Of a stretch of 64,000 nt of DNA, positions 1 through 11,052 are shown piece after piece. Source of the DNA: an uncultured Gammaproteobacteria bacterium (GTDB lineage: Bacteria > Pseudomonadota > Gammaproteobacteria > Steroidobacterales > Steroidobacteraceae); contig CAWEUI010000008.1 of NCBI GenBank assembly GCA_963812195.1, forward strand, positions 70,622 through 134,621. The letters are read 5' to 3'. The translations under genes were made by a program, and so were the position numbers. The notes below the pieces were generated by a model. That model had not been told where the DNA came from and did not search any database. It was given only the letters and a program-made list of their open reading frames with translations. Numbering within the stretch: the first letter of the stretch is position 1; every line of letters starts with the position of its first letter.

Positions 1-156
1 CTGCTGGGCCGTCCACGTGCTGCCCGGTCGCCGGGCCTGGCGCCGGGCCAGCCACCAGGCGAAGGCAAAGCCCAGCACGTACATGATCCCGTACCAGTGG
101 ATCTGCAGCGGCCCGAGACTCAGGGCGATGGGATCGATATGCGGGTACTTCAACAT
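1..156 (-). CDS. lgt: prolipoprotein diacylglyceryl transferase, first 52 codons only (gene runs off the left edge)
   Basis: Minus-strand translation from ATG at 156-154 reads [52 protein letters not shown], the conserved Lgt N-terminus. It is absent from the ORF track because no stop lies inside the window. Confidence 0.8.
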   Translation of the reverse strand, partial: MLKYPHIDPIALSLGPLQIHWYGIMYVLGFAFAWWLARRQARRPGSTWTAQQ

Positions 157-166
157 CCGGGCGATT

Positions 167-1350
167 CTACCGGGATACGCGCGCGAACAGTGCTTTCAGA
201 TAGCGCGTCTCCGGCATGGCCGGATGCACCGGATGATCCGGCCCCTGCCCGCCCTGCGCGATGATGGACAGCGATCGTCCCGCGTGAAGCGCCGCGGACT
301 GCAGCAACTGCGGCAGGCGTTCGGCAGGCAGGTGCCACGAGCACGAGCAGCTCACCAGCAGCGCCTCGTCGGCGGCGAGCCGCAACGCCAGCTGGTTGAG
401 CTTGCGATAGGCCGCCTCGCCCTTGGGCAGATCCTTGCGCCGCTTCACGAAGGCGGGCGGATCCACCACCACAACGTCGAAGCGGCGCCCTTCCGCGTGC
501 AGGGCTGCCAGCACCTCGAAGGCATCGCCGCGCCGTGTTTCCAGGGCTTGCCCATTGCGCCCGGCATTGGCGACGGCAGCCTCAAGCGCGGCGGCGGATG
601 AATCCACGCACAGCGCCGAGCCGGCACCCGCGGCCAGCGCTGAAACCGCCCAGCCACCGACATAGCTGCACACATCCAGCACGCTCTGGCCGCTGCTTCA
701 GGAAACGCCGCAGCTGCGCACGATTCGCCGCCTGATCGTAGAACCATCCGGTCTTCTGCCCACTACCCAGGGGCGCAGACAGATGCACACCGGCCTCCAC
801 GACATCCACCGCCGGCGGCACCGGCCCGCCAACGCAGCGCAGTTCGTGCGGCAGCGACTCCAGATCGCGCGCACCGGTATCGTTCTTCCACACGATCAGG
901 CGGGGCCTGCAGCACCTCGCCCAGCACCTGTTCCAGCAGACCGCTGCGCTGCTCCATCGCCACAGTGGCGATCTGCCCGACCAGCACGTCGCCAAAGCGA
1001 TCCACCACCAGCCCGGGCAGGCCGTCTGATTCGCCGTAGACAAGCCGGTAGTGTTCGCCGCCGACGTAGCGATCGCGCAGCGCCAGGGCATCGCGCACTC
1101 GCGCGGTGAGCAGCTCCGGCCCGAACGGCTCGTCCGGGTCGCGGCTCACGATGCGCGCGCAGATCAGGGCGTGGGGGTTGGCCAGCGCATGGCCCAGGAA
1201 CTGCCGACGGTGATCCAGCAACACCACCGCGGCACCCGGCTCGATCGCGCTCAATGGCGTGATCGAGGTATCGACCTCATTGGAAAACACCCACGCATGC
1301 CCGCCGCGGATGCGCTTGTCCTCGTGGCGTCTGAGCAGCAGCTGCGGCAC
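167..1350 (-). pseudogene. rlmI: RlmI-like class I SAM-dependent rRNA methyltransferase with N-terminal PUA domain; frame broken twice as assembled (probable indel errors)
   Basis: Three minus-strand ORF pieces (763-1350, 582-1091, 167-682) join into one protein. The N-terminus is [22 protein letters not shown], the middle is LIVWKNDTGARDLESLPHEL...GQKTGWFYDQAANR, and the C-terminus is VLDVCSYVGGWAVSALAAGA...FDVVVVDPPAF. Frame changes lie near 903 (GGGG run at 902-905) and near 690. Confidence 0.8.
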
Positions 1351-1408
1351 TCCGGTGCCCTGGCGGATTCGTCATGGCGGCGCAGTTTACTGTACGGTGC
1401 GCAGGATC

Positions 1409-3515
1409 ATGGCTCACCGCGCACCAACCCCGGGATCTTCCGGCAACCGCCTCGCCGACGCGACCAGCCCGTACCTGCTGCAGCACGCGCGCAATCCGGT
1501 CGACTGGTACCCCTGGGGGCAGCAGGCGTTCGACGCCGCGCGCACGCTGCACAGACCCATCCTGCTGTCCATCGGTTACTCCGCCTGTCACTGGTGCCAC
1601 GTGATGGCCCATGAATCCTTCGAGGACCAGGCCACGGCGGACCTGATGAACCGCCTGTTCGTCAACATCAAGGTGGATCGCGAGGAGCGGCCGGACATCG
1701 ATCGCATCTACCAGATCGCACACCAGCTGCTCACGCGCCGCGGCGGCGGCTGGCCATTGACCATGTTCCTCACCCACGACGACCAGCGCCCGTTCTTCGG
1801 GGGCACGTACTTCCCGCCCGAACCGCGCCTGGGCATGCCGGACTTTCGCACGGTGCTGAGCCGCGTGGCCGAGTACTACCGCGAACACGAGACGGATCTG
1901 CGGGCCCAGTGCACGGCGCTGGTCGACGCACTGGCCAGCATCGACGCCCCGGGCCCGGGACCAGGTCCGGCCCATCTGTCAGACGGGCCGCTCAAGGTAT
2001 TGCGCGAACAGCTCGAGCAGCGCTTCGACCGCAATTACGGCGGCTGGAGCCCGGCGCCGAAATTCCCGCACGCCGGCATCATCGAACGGCTGCTGCGCGA
2101 CTGGCATGCCAGCTCGGACAGCGCGAGCCCGGACCTGAACGCGCTGTTCATGGCGACGCTGACCCTGAAGCGCATGGCCGATGGTGGCCTCTACGACCAG
2201 CTCGGCGGCGGCTTCTGCCGCTACAGCGTGGACGAGCGCTGGGAGATCCCCCACTTCGAGAAGATGCTGTACGACAACGGCGCGCTGCTCGCGGCATATG
2301 CCGATGCGGCAAGTGCCACCGGCGAACCCGCCTTCGGCAAGGTGACGCGCGAAACCGCGGACTTCCTGCTGCGCGAGATGCAGCGACGCCGGCGGCGGCT
2401 TTCATTCCTCCTTCGACGCGGATTCGGAGGGGCATGAGGGAAAGTTCTACGTGTGGACGCCCGGGCAGATTCGCGAGCTGCTCGATCCAGCCGACGCCGC
2501 CCTGTTCGAGGCGCGCTATGGCCTGGACAATCCGGCCAACTTCGAGGGCAGCTGGCATCTGGTCGCCGCACGCGAGATCGGCGAACTGGCATCCGCGGGC
2601 AAGTATGGCGGCAACCAGGACGCGCTCGAGCGACGACTGGATGCAGCGCGCGCCGGATTGCTTGCCGCGCGCGCCGCGCGCACGCCGCCCGGGCGCGACG
2701 ACAAGATTCTCACCTCATGGAACGCGCTGGCCATTCGCGGACTGGCTGCCGCGGCCCGCACGCTGCAGGACACCCGCTACGCCGATGCCGCTGCCAATGC
2801 GCTGGCCTATCTGCGGCGCAGCCACTGGCACGACGGGCGACTGCTGGCTGTGTCGCGCGCCGGAGGCGCCCGGCTGCCGGCCTACCTGGACGATCACGCA
2901 CTGCTCATTGACGCCATCCTCGCGCTGGCCACGGTGCGCTTCGACGCCGCGGCGCTGCAGTTCGCCACCAGCCTTGCCGATGCCCTGCTGGAGCGCTTCG
3001 AGGATCGGGAAAACGGTGGGTTCTTCTTCACGGCCAGCGACCACGAGACGCTCATCCACCGCAGCCGCTCCTTCAGCGACGACGCCACGCCATCGGGCAA
3101 TGCCATCGCCGTGCAGGCGCTGCAGAAGCTCGGATGGCTGCTGGGCGAGCCGCGCTACCTCGCCGCCGCGGAGCGCGCCCTGCGCGCGGCATGGGCGCAG
3201 CTCGAAGACAACCCGCTGGCGCACGTGAACCTGGCCAATGCGCTGGAGGAGCACCTGCACCCGCACACATTCGTGTTGTTGCGCGGTGATACGCCGCAGG
3301 TCGAGGCCTGGCGCCAGCAACTGCAGCGGCTATGGCGGCCGCTGGCCAGCATCATCGCCATACCCGCCGACATCCCGGACCTGCCCGAGGCGCTCGCCGC
3401 CAAGGCCCCGCAGGGCCCGGTGGTTGCCTACGTGTGCCGCGGCAGCACCTGCGAGGCGCCATTGCGGGCGCTGGCCGATGTGCACGCGATGCTGGCCACC
3501 GGCACGGCTGGCTAG
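1409..3515 (+). pseudogene. yyaL: thioredoxin-domain protein YyaL/DUF255 family; one frameshift near 2385 as assembled
   Basis: ORF 1259-2437, trimmed to ATG 1409 (MAHRAPTPG), carries [25 protein letters not shown]...[16 protein letters not shown]. It continues in ORF 2451-3515. Reading across the break gives [26 protein letters not shown], which is typical of the family. Confidence 0.85.
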
Positions 3516-4087
3516 TCTGCCTTCGTCGCCTCGATCGAAATCAGCAGCTTGGTCGCCATCCTGAAGCCGAAGTTCTTGCCGTAGTCGACGCCGTAATCAT
3601 CGCGGTTCAGCGTGGCCGAGGCGTCCGCGCCGCAGGTTTCCTTGCGCGTCATCGGATTGGGTTTGCACAGGAAGCTGTTGATGGTGAGCTTCAGCGGCCT
3701 GGTCACGCCGTGCAGCGTCAGCTGCCCGTCCACCTCGGCGGGCACGTCGCCATTCCACTTGTCGATCTTGCCCTTGTAGGTGGCAGTCGGAAACCTGGCC
3801 ACATCGAACATGTCCGGACCCCTGGCGTGCTCGCTGAGCGCCGGCATGCCGAAATCGATCGACCCCACATCCACCGTGACCTCCACGTCACCGGTCTTCG
3901 CCGCGGTGTCGAGCACGACCTTGCCCGTGGTCTTGGTGAACTTGCCGCGCCAGACGGACAATCCGCCGAAATGATCCGCCTCGAATGACGGATATGTATG
4001 CGTGGGATCGATGTTGTACGTGACGGGTGCTGCCAGCGCGCTGCCCGCAACTGCCAGTGCCGCGAACACACAGAGCCTGCTGATCAT
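3512..4087 (-). CDS. yceI: YceI-like periplasmic (polyisoprenoid-binding) protein
   Basis: A 191-aa protein from ATG 4087 (ORF 3512-4417 trimmed). It has the signal peptide [19 protein letters not shown] and YceI-type motifs [17 protein letters not shown] and LHGVTRPL. Confidence 0.85.
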   Translation of the reverse strand: MISRLCVFAALAVAGSALAAPVTYNIDPTHTYPSFEADHFGGLSVWRGKFTKTTGKVVLDTAAKTGDVEVTVDVGSIDFGMPALSEHARGPDMFDVARFPTATYKGKIDKWNGDVPAEVDGQLTLHGVTRPLKLTINSFLCKPNPMTRKETCGADASATLNRDDYGVDYGKNFGFRMATKLLISIEATKAD

Positions 4088-4122
4088 CTGCCTTCTCCTT
4101 GAACCGGATTTGCGAAAGTGAA

Positions 4123-4695
4123 TCACGGGCCGGCTGCGCTGCGGCCAGCACCGACCAGATGGAATTTCACCATCACCTGATCCTCCAGCACGCTGTCCCA
4201 GCTCGGATCGCCGATGCCGAAAGCCCTGCGGGAAATCGTGAAACTGCCGTCGAACACACTGCCGGCCGCCGTGGTGGCCACGGTTACCGGAACCGCGATG
4301 GTCTGCGTCTTGCCCTTGATGGTCAGCGTGCCGGTGGCCTCGAAGCGATCCGGCGCCAGTGGCCTGATGGCGGTGGAGCGGAATTCGCCCTTCGGATAAG
4401 TGGCGCTGTCGAACCACGACTTCTTTGCCACCTCGGCGTTGTACGCCGGATCGCCGATGTCCAGGCTGGCGGTGTCCACCTCGATGCGCGCGCTGGAGGC
4501 ACCGACCTTGCGCGGGTCGTAGCTGATGGTGCCGGAGAACCGCGTGAACGGACTGTCCACGGCCACGCCCGCCTGCCTGAACGTCGCGACTACCGTGCTT
4601 TTCGTCGCCGGACCGACGTTCAGTTCGGCCGCCATCAACAGACCCGAAGCCAGCGCCGACATCGCGACCAGCAATCCCAGACCCGATCTCACCAT
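4123..4695 (-). CDS. yceI: YceI-like periplasmic protein, second paralogue
   Basis: A 190-aa protein from ATG 4695 (ORF 4123-4788 trimmed) with signal peptide [22 protein letters not shown]. It carries [19 protein letters not shown] and [14 protein letters not shown]. It sits 16 nt downstream of cybB. Confidence 0.85.
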   Translation of the reverse strand: MVRSGLGLLVAMSALASGLLMAAELNVGPATKSTVVATFRQAGVAVDSPFTRFSGTISYDPRKVGASSARIEVDTASLDIGDPAYNAEVAKKSWFDSATYPKGEFRSTAIRPLAPDRFEATGTLTIKGKTQTIAVPVTVATTAAGSVFDGSFTISRRAFGIGDPSWDSVLEDQVMVKFHLVGAGRSAAGP

Positions 4696-4711
4696 CACTG
4701 TCTCCCTGCCT

Positions 4712-5245
4712 CTAGGCGCGCCAGCGCAGCATCCGGCGCATCGTCTCGTCCCTGGCGATGAAGTGGTGCTGCAGGGCTGCCAGCACATGCAGCCCGACCA
4801 GCACGGCCAGGGTCAGCGCGAGCTTGCCATGGATCTGCACCCAGATGGCGGCCAGCTCCTTGTCGCGCTCCACCAGGTTCGGTAGCGGCAGTTTGCCCAG
4901 ATACACCACAGGAAAGCCGGTGGCATTGCTGTAGATCCAGCCCGCCAGCGGTACGGCCAGCATCAGCACATAGAGCAGTCCGTGCGACAACCTCGCCGCC
5001 AACTGCTGCCAATGAGGCATTTCTGGCAGCGGCGGCGCCCGGTGCCACATCCGCCAGCACAGCCGGTACAGGGCCAGCGCCAGCACCGTGATGCCCACCC
5101 ACTTGTGATAGTTGAAAACGCGCAGCCGCAGCGGCGTGATGTCCATGTCGGTCATGGTCCATCCCATGAACAGGCCCGCCAGGATCAGGCCTGCGATGGC
5201 CCAGTGCAGGGTGATGGCCGTGCGGGTGTAGCGCGATGCGGCCAT
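4712..5245 (-). CDS. cybB: cytochrome b561 (CybB/YceJ family)
   Basis: A 177-aa protein with four hydrophobic helices and conserved His contexts (TLHWAIA, YHKWVG, LSHGLLY, QIHGKLA). It shows the classical linkage to yceI genes. Confidence 0.85.
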   Translation of the reverse strand: MAASRYTRTAITLHWAIAGLILAGLFMGWTMTDMDITPLRLRVFNYHKWVGITVLALALYRLCWRMWHRAPPLPEMPHWQQLAARLSHGLLYVLMLAVPLAGWIYSNATGFPVVYLGKLPLPNLVERDKELAAIWVQIHGKLALTLAVLVGLHVLAALQHHFIARDETMRRMLRWRA

Positions 5246-5246
5246 G

Positions 5247-5492
5247 CTATCGGGCTTCGCGAAACATGAACCACGCTGCCGCCATCACGGCGCCGCCCAC
5301 AGGTAGTCGAGTCGCAAAGTCGTACGCATACAGAAAATCACGAAGGATGCCGATACCGTGAGCGTGATAATTTCCCGCAGGATCTTCAACTGCGGCGACA
5401 TCGGACAACATCAACAGACTGATCGTGGCCAGTAGCGGTGCGATTCTCGAGCTGGACATCCAATTCTGGTCGGCTCGTTGAGAAAGTGCCAA
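5247..5492 (-). CDS. small hypothetical membrane protein (81 codons; 70 from the Met at 5459)
   Basis: The ORF ends 1 nt before the cybB start codon. It has two hydrophobic stretches (IAPLLATISLLML, GGAVMAAAWFMF). GC looks visibly lower than in the neighbours, and I recognise no family. Confidence 0.3.
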   Translation of the reverse strand: MALSQRADQNWMSSSRIAPLLATISLLMLSDVAAVEDPAGNYHAHGIGILRDFLYAYDFATRLPVGGAVMAAAWFMFREAR

Positions 5493-5636
5493 GCCAATAA
5501 CTGTTTAGGCAATTATAAAAGCTGGCAGGTCAGTCACGTAAGGGGAACCACTGCCGGGTTAGGGACTCAATATACTAGGTGGCAATCACCGGCTGCCTGG
5601 TCGGGGGCTATCCGCTTGAGATTGGGGGAATTGCTG

Positions 5637-8156
5637 ATGAATTTGCAGCGGGCTGGGGGATTACTGGTCGTTCTGGCCGGTCTGGGGACGCTGGTGGCAG
5701 CGCCTTCCGTGGCGATGGCTGACGCTTCGGCGGATGCTGCCCCGGCAGATGGCGCTCATGCGCAGTGGAAGATGGTCGAGAACTACTGCTACAAGTGCCA
5801 CAACACCGAGGATTGGGCCGGCAGTGTCGCTTTCGACACCATGTCGGCCAACGACATCCCGCAGGACGCCAAGGTCTGGGAAGCGGCCATCAAGAAGCTC
5901 CGGGGCGGCCTGATGCCGCCTCCTGGTCAGAAGCAGCCCCCCCAGGAAACCGTCAAGGGCTTTGTCTCGTTTCTCGAGACCACCATCGACCACGCGCATA
6001 CCAAGCCCTACGCGGGCTACATCCCGCTGCGCCGCCTGAACCGCCGCGAATACGGCTACGCGATACGCGATCTGCTCGGCCTGCAGATCGATCCGGCCCA
6101 GTACCTGCCGCAGGACCCGCTGGTTGACGGATTCGATACCGACGCCGCCTCACTGCAGGTAACCCCGACCTTCCTGGACCAGGCGGTCTCCGCCGCCCGC
6201 TCCATCGCCCAACTGGCCGTCGGCAACGCGCATTCGGTGCCGCTGGAGACGACCTACGGACCGGTGCCGAACATGATCCTGTCGCTGGCCGCGTCGCCGG
6301 CAGAAGGCTCCGGCAACCAGCAGTGGTACCAGGACGGCATGCCCTTCGGCACGCGCGGCGGCATGCAGGTCGAGCACAATTTTCCCGCCGACGGCGACTA
6401 CGTGCTGAGCATCGGCGACATGGCCCTGGCCCGCACGGTGCCGAACATGGAATTCAGGAACACCGTCATCGCCCTGCTGGATGGCAAGGAGTTCTGGCGC
6501 ACCACCATCGGCGGCGAGGAGGACCACAAGTCCATCGACCAGCGCCTGGACGACGGTGTGTCGCGCATCAATGGCCGCCTGAAGGACATCCACTTCCATG
6601 CCACCGCCGGCCAGCACAAGGTTGCGGTGACTTTCCTGCGTCGCAGCTATGCAGAGCAGGACGACCAGAGCGCAGCGCCCGGACATTCGGACGACCGCCG
6701 CGGATTCAATGAGCTGGAGGGCGGCCTGCAGCGCGTTCCGGCCGTGAACGCGATGTTCATCAAGGGTCCGGTGAAGATCACCGGCATGAGCGATTCGAAG
6801 AGCCGCCGCAAGATCTTCATCTGCAACCCGACGAGCCCTGCCGAAGAGCCCGCCTGTGCACGCCGGATCGTGACCAATCTGGCCGGGCAGGCCTTCCGTC
6901 GCCCGGTGACCGATCAGGACATCGACCCGCTGATGGTCTTCTACAACAAGGCCCGCAAGAACGGCGAGAGCTTCGATATCGGCATTCGCGATTCGATTGC
7001 CGCCATCCTGGCCAGCCCGCTGTTCCTGTTCCGCAGCGAAGCCGCGGTGGATCACGGCAGCCGCGAACTGAGCGATCTGGAACTCGCCTCGCGCCTGTCC
7101 TTCTTCATCTGGAGCAGCCTGCCCGACGACGAGCTGCTGCGCCTGGCGGAGAATCACCAGCTGTCCAAGCCCGACGTGCTCAGGGCGCAGGTCCACCGGA
7201 TGATCCGGGATCCGCGCGGCATCTCGCTGACCAGGGACTTCGGCTTCCAGTGGCTGAACTTGGCCAAGCTGGACGCCATCGTTCCCTCGCGCAACCTGTT
7301 CCAGTACGCCAGCGGCGTATATGACCCGCGCGACGCCTTCAAGAAGGAACTGGAACTGTTCATGGACAGCATCCTGCGTTCCGACAAGAGCGTGGTGGAT
7401 CTGCTCACTGCCAACTACACCTACATCAACGAGCAGATCGCGTTGCTCTATGGCATGAAGGGCGTGCGGGGCAACGGTTTCCACCGCGTCACGCTCACCG
7501 ATCCGAAGCGCTTCGGCCTGCTGGGCAAGGGCGCGATACTGATGCTGACCGCCAATCCCAACCGCACGGCTCCGGTGCTGCGCGGCGCGTGGATCATGGA
7601 GCGGATTCTGGGCACGCCGCCGGCCACCCCGCCCAAGGGCGTGCCGGCCCTGGAAAAGTCCGGCGGCCCGCGCCCGACCACCGTGCGCGAGAAGACCGAG
7701 ATCCATCGTCGTAATCCGCAGTGCGCGGCCTGCCATGCGGTCATGGATCCGCTGGGCTTCGCGCTGGAGAATTTCGACACGGTGGGCGAATTCCGTACCG
7801 TTGATCCGCAATCGCACCAGCCCATCGACACCGCGGCCACCATGCCGGACGGCACCAAGCTGGCCGGACCGGAAGACCTGCACAAGGCCCTGGCCTCGCG
7901 CGGTGACCAGCTCGCGGAGATCATCACCGAGAAGCTGATGGCTTACGCCGTGGGGCGCAAGCTCAGCTATCGCGACATGCCGGCGGTGCGCCAGATCGTG
8001 CGCGAGGCGGCCGCCCACAACTACCGGTTCGAGGACATCATCATGGGGGTCGTCAACAGTGACGCCTTCCGTCGCCGTGATGCCCCCGACCTGCCCAAGA
8101 CGACCACAGCACAACTGGTCAATACCGTTTCCACGTCCGTCCCGTCCGCACCTTGA
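5637..8156 (+). CDS. DUF1592-family protein (DUF1587/1592/1595/1588/1585 'PSD-like' architecture) with two CxxCH motifs
   Basis: ORF 5478-8156 trimmed to ATG 5637, which is preceded by GGGGGAA. The signal peptide is MNLQRAGGLLVVLAGLGTLVAAPSVAMA. It has an N-terminal CYKCHNTEDWAG, a central LASRLSFFIWSSLPDDELL, and a C-terminal NPQCAACHAVMDPLGFALENFD. Confidence 0.85.
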   Translation: MNLQRAGGLLVVLAGLGTLVAAPSVAMADASADAAPADGAHAQWKMVENYCYKCHNTEDWAGSVAFDTMSANDIPQDAKVWEAAIKKLRGGLMPPPGQKQPPQETVKGFVSFLETTIDHAHTKPYAGYIPLRRLNRREYGYAIRDLLGLQIDPAQYLPQDPLVDGFDTDAASLQVTPTFLDQAVSAARSIAQLAVGNAHSVPLETTYGPVPNMILSLAASPAEGSGNQQWYQDGMPFGTRGGMQVEHNFPADGDYVLSIGDMALARTVPNMEFRNTVIALLDGKEFWRTTIGGEEDHKSIDQRLDDGVSRINGRLKDIHFHATAGQHKVAVTFLRRSYAEQDDQSAAPGHSDDRRGFNELEGGLQRVPAVNAMFIKGPVKITGMSDSKSRRKIFICNPTSPAEEPACARRIVTNLAGQAFRRPVTDQDIDPLMVFYNKARKNGESFDIGIRDSIAAILASPLFLFRSEAAVDHGSRELSDLELASRLSFFIWSSLPDDELLRLAENHQLSKPDVLRAQVHRMIRDPRGISLTRDFGFQWLNLAKLDAIVPSRNLFQYASGVYDPRDAFKKELELFMDSILRSDKSVVDLLTANYTYINEQIALLYGMKGVRGNGFHRVTLTDPKRFGLLGKGAILMLTANPNRTAPVLRGAWIMERILGTPPATPPKGVPALEKSGGPRPTTVREKTEIHRRNPQCAACHAVMDPLGFALENFDTVGEFRTVDPQSHQPIDTAATMPDGTKLAGPEDLHKALASRGDQLAEIITEKLMAYAVGRKLSYRDMPAVRQIVREAAAHNYRFEDIIMGVVNSDAFRRRDAPDLPKTTTAQLVNTVSTSVPSAP

Positions 8157-8179
8157 AGTCTCAAGCAGGAGGCATCGCC

Positions 8180-9459
8180 ATGTTCCTCACCAAGAAGCAT
8201 CTGTCCCGTCGCGCGGTCCTCAAGGGAACCGGCGCCGCCATTGCGCTGCCATTGCTTGATGCGATGATTCCGGCCGGCACCGCGTTTGCCAGCACTGCCG
8301 CGGCGATCAAACCGCGCCTGGGCTTCGTGTACTACCCGCATGGCGCCGTGCAGAAGTACTGGACACCCAAGGGTACGGGCAAGAACTTCGAGTTCTCGCC
8401 GATCCTCAAGCCCATCGAGCCCATGCGCGACTACGTGACGGTGATCAGCGGCCTGCGCAACAAGCCGGCCGAGAGCTCCAACCCGCACGGCATCATCGAG
8501 CAGACCTGGCTGACCTGCCAGAATCCACAGGGCTCCAACTGGGGCCCGGACACCGGCATGTCCATCGACCAGATCGCCGCGCGCGAGATCGGCCAGGACA
8601 CGCCGCTGCCCTCGATCGAGCTGTGCGGTGAACCCGGTGGCGCGACCAACTTCCGCAAGCGCGGTCAGGCCCTGCCGCTGGAAGGCAACCCGCGCAAGGT
8701 GTTCTTCACCATGTTCGGTGCCGGGCGATTCCAACGCCGATCGCATGGCGCGCCTGCAGGCCACCGGCAGCCTGCTCGATTACGTGCAGGATGCCACCAA
8801 GAGCCTCAACCGCACGCTGGGCACATCCGACCGCGCACTGGTCAGCGACTACCTGGATTCGGTGCGTGAAGTCGAGGGCCGCGTCAACAAGCTGATGGCC
8901 AAGGCCGACAGCCTGGGCAACCTGCCCGATGCGCCGCATCGGCACGCCCGATGATTTCAGCGAGCTGCTGGACATGCAGTTCGACATGATCGCACTGGCC
9001 TTCCAGACCGGCCAGACGCGCATCGCCACGATGCGCATGATCAAGGAAGCCTCCATGCGCACCTTCCCGGTGGTGAACGTGGACGAGGCGTTCCATCCGC
9101 TCTCGCACCACGGCAGGACCAGGAGGAGAAGTACCAGAAGCTGGTGCGGGTGCAGGCCTACGAGACGGCCCGCTTCACGCGCTTCATCAAGACGCTCTCC
9201 GAGATCAAGGAAGGCAACGGCAACATCCTCGACAACTCGATCATCCTGTTCGGGTCGAACATGGCCAACAGCGACCTGCACAACAACAACCCGCTGCCGC
9301 AACTGATCGCGCGGCAAGGGCGGTGGCATCAAGGGTGGCCAGCACCTGGCGATGCCCGCCGATACACCGCATGCCAACATTCTGTTGACAATCGCGCAGC
9401 GGGCCGGCGTCAATATCGACAAATTCAGCGACTCGACGCGAGCTTTCAGCGAGGTTTGA
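8180..9459 (+). pseudogene. DUF1552-family protein with Tat-type signal; four frameshifts as assembled
   Basis: ATG 8180 follows AGGAGG. The product starts MFLTKKHLSRRAVLKGTGAAIALPLL. The protein continues through frames 2>0>1>0>1, with breaks near 8724 (GGG run), 8936, 9114 and 9311. The pieces are 8153-8869, 8628-8954, 8929-9306, 9144-9665 and a final 50-codon piece ending ...ANILLTIAQRAGVNIDKFSDSTRAFSEV at TGA 9457-9459. Confidence 0.75.
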
Positions 9460-9461
9460 GA

Positions 9462-11052
9462 ATGTCACAGGGGGCAAAGGGCGCCGTTGCAATTGCGGCG
9501 GCGCTGGTGGCGTTGTGGGGATCGTCGGCCTTTGCCGCAAATTCAGCAGATGAGCCGCGCCGGCCGGACGGCAGCACGCCGCTGCAGTGGGCTGTCTTCG
9601 AGGGCAATGTCGCGGAGGCCGCGCGCCTGATCAAGGCTGGCGCCGATGTCATCGGCCACCAATGACTACGGCATCAACGCGATGCTGCTGGCCGCCGACA
9701 TCGCCAACACCGAGCTGATCGGCATGCTGCTGAAGGCCGGTGCCGATCCCGACTCCGCCAATCCCGACGGCGAGACGGCGCTGCATCGGGTGGCCCGTTC
9801 CGGCAATGTCGAAGCGGCAAAGCTGCTGTTGAAGGCCGGCGCCAAGGTCGATCCCCGCGAGAATCTGGGCGAGCAGACGCCGCTGATGTGGGCTGCGGCG
9901 CGCCGCCATCCTGCGATGGTCGAGTTGCTGGCCGACTCCAGGGCGCGGACATCAACGCCCGCGGCGCCATTCGCGACTACCAGCGCGTCGCCACGGCCGA
10001 GAGCCGCGCCAAGTCACTGGATCGCGGCGGCCTGACGCCGCTGCTGTATGCGGCGCGCGAAAACTGCCGCGAATGCGTGGACGTCCTGCTCAAGCACGAT
10101 GTGGACGTGAACATGCCGGATCCGTCCGGCGTCCCGCCGCTGGTCATCGCCATGATGAACAGCAACTGGGATATCGCCAGGAAGCTGATCGAGGCCGGCG
10201 CCGACGTGAACCAGTGGGACATGTACGGCCAGTCGCCGCTGGCGGTGGCCATCGACAACATGAAGAGCGCGAACGATCGCAACCCGCTGGATGTGGATCA
10301 TCCGAATACCACCACCGGCAAGGAAGTGGTGGAGATGCTGATCGCGCGCGGCGCCAACCCGAACCAGCAGGTCTACTTCCGGCCGCCGGGACGCGGCGGC
10401 GGCGGTCGGCGGCACGACGCCGTTCATGGCGGCGATCAGCTCGGGGGACATCGACCTGGTGCAAGGAATTGCTGGCCAAGGGCGCCAATCCCCGGCTAGC
10501 CACTTCCGAAGGCCAGGGGCCGATCATCCTCGCTGTGCAGTCGGGGCCGCGTCGCTTTGGAGGCTTCGGCGGATTCGGATTCGGCCGGGGCGGTCCGCCC
10601 CCGGGCGCCACCCCTCCTGCGGGACGCGGCAACGGCAACGCGGAAAACCCGCAGGCCAAGCTGATCAAAGTGCTGGCCGACGCCGGCGCGGACGTGCACC
10701 TGACGGCGCACATCGGCATTTCCTGCAGCGCACGCGCGGCGGCACGGCGCTGCACTATGCCGTGCGCGCCGGTGGCAATCACCAGGTCATCAAGACGCTG
10801 GTCGACCTGGGTCTGGACATCAATGCCAAGGACGAGGATGGTCTGACCGCGCTCGATTACGCGATGGGCCGCGGCTACGTGCCCTTCCTGCAGATGCCAC
10901 AGCCTCCCGACAAGCCACTGGCCGACTACCTGCGCAGCCTCGGCGCCACGGTGGAACTGGCCAGGACTCCCGACTGGCCGCCGCAGGGTCCGCCCATCGC
11001 GACGGTCGTCTACGACTCTGTAATCTGGCCGGTTGATCCGGTAGGTCCCTGA
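9462..11052 (+). pseudogene. secreted ankyrin-repeat protein; about five frameshifts as assembled
   Basis: ATG 9462 lies 2 nt after the DUF1552 stop. The signal peptide is MSQGAKGAVAIAAALVALWGSSAFA. ANK units include TPLQWAVFEGNVAEAARLIKAGADV, ETALHRVARSGNVEAAKLLLKAGAKVD, TPLLYAARENCRECVDVLLKHDVDVN and TALHYAVRAGGNHQVIKTLVDLGLDINAKD. Frame changes lie near 9650, 9940, 10400, 10462 and 10720. Confidence 0.75.

Noticed and set aside
17-601. Plus-strand 194-aa ORF at the left edge
   Set aside because: It overlaps the lgt N-terminus and the rlmI C-terminal fragment on the other strand. It has an Arg/Gly-rich nonsense composition.
6150-8114. A 654-aa minus-strand ORF antisense to the DUF1592 gene
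   Set aside because: This is a typical high-GC shadow ORF. It has an Arg/Gly/Ala/His-rich composition, no recognisable motifs and no start context. The opposite strand encodes a clearly conserved protein.
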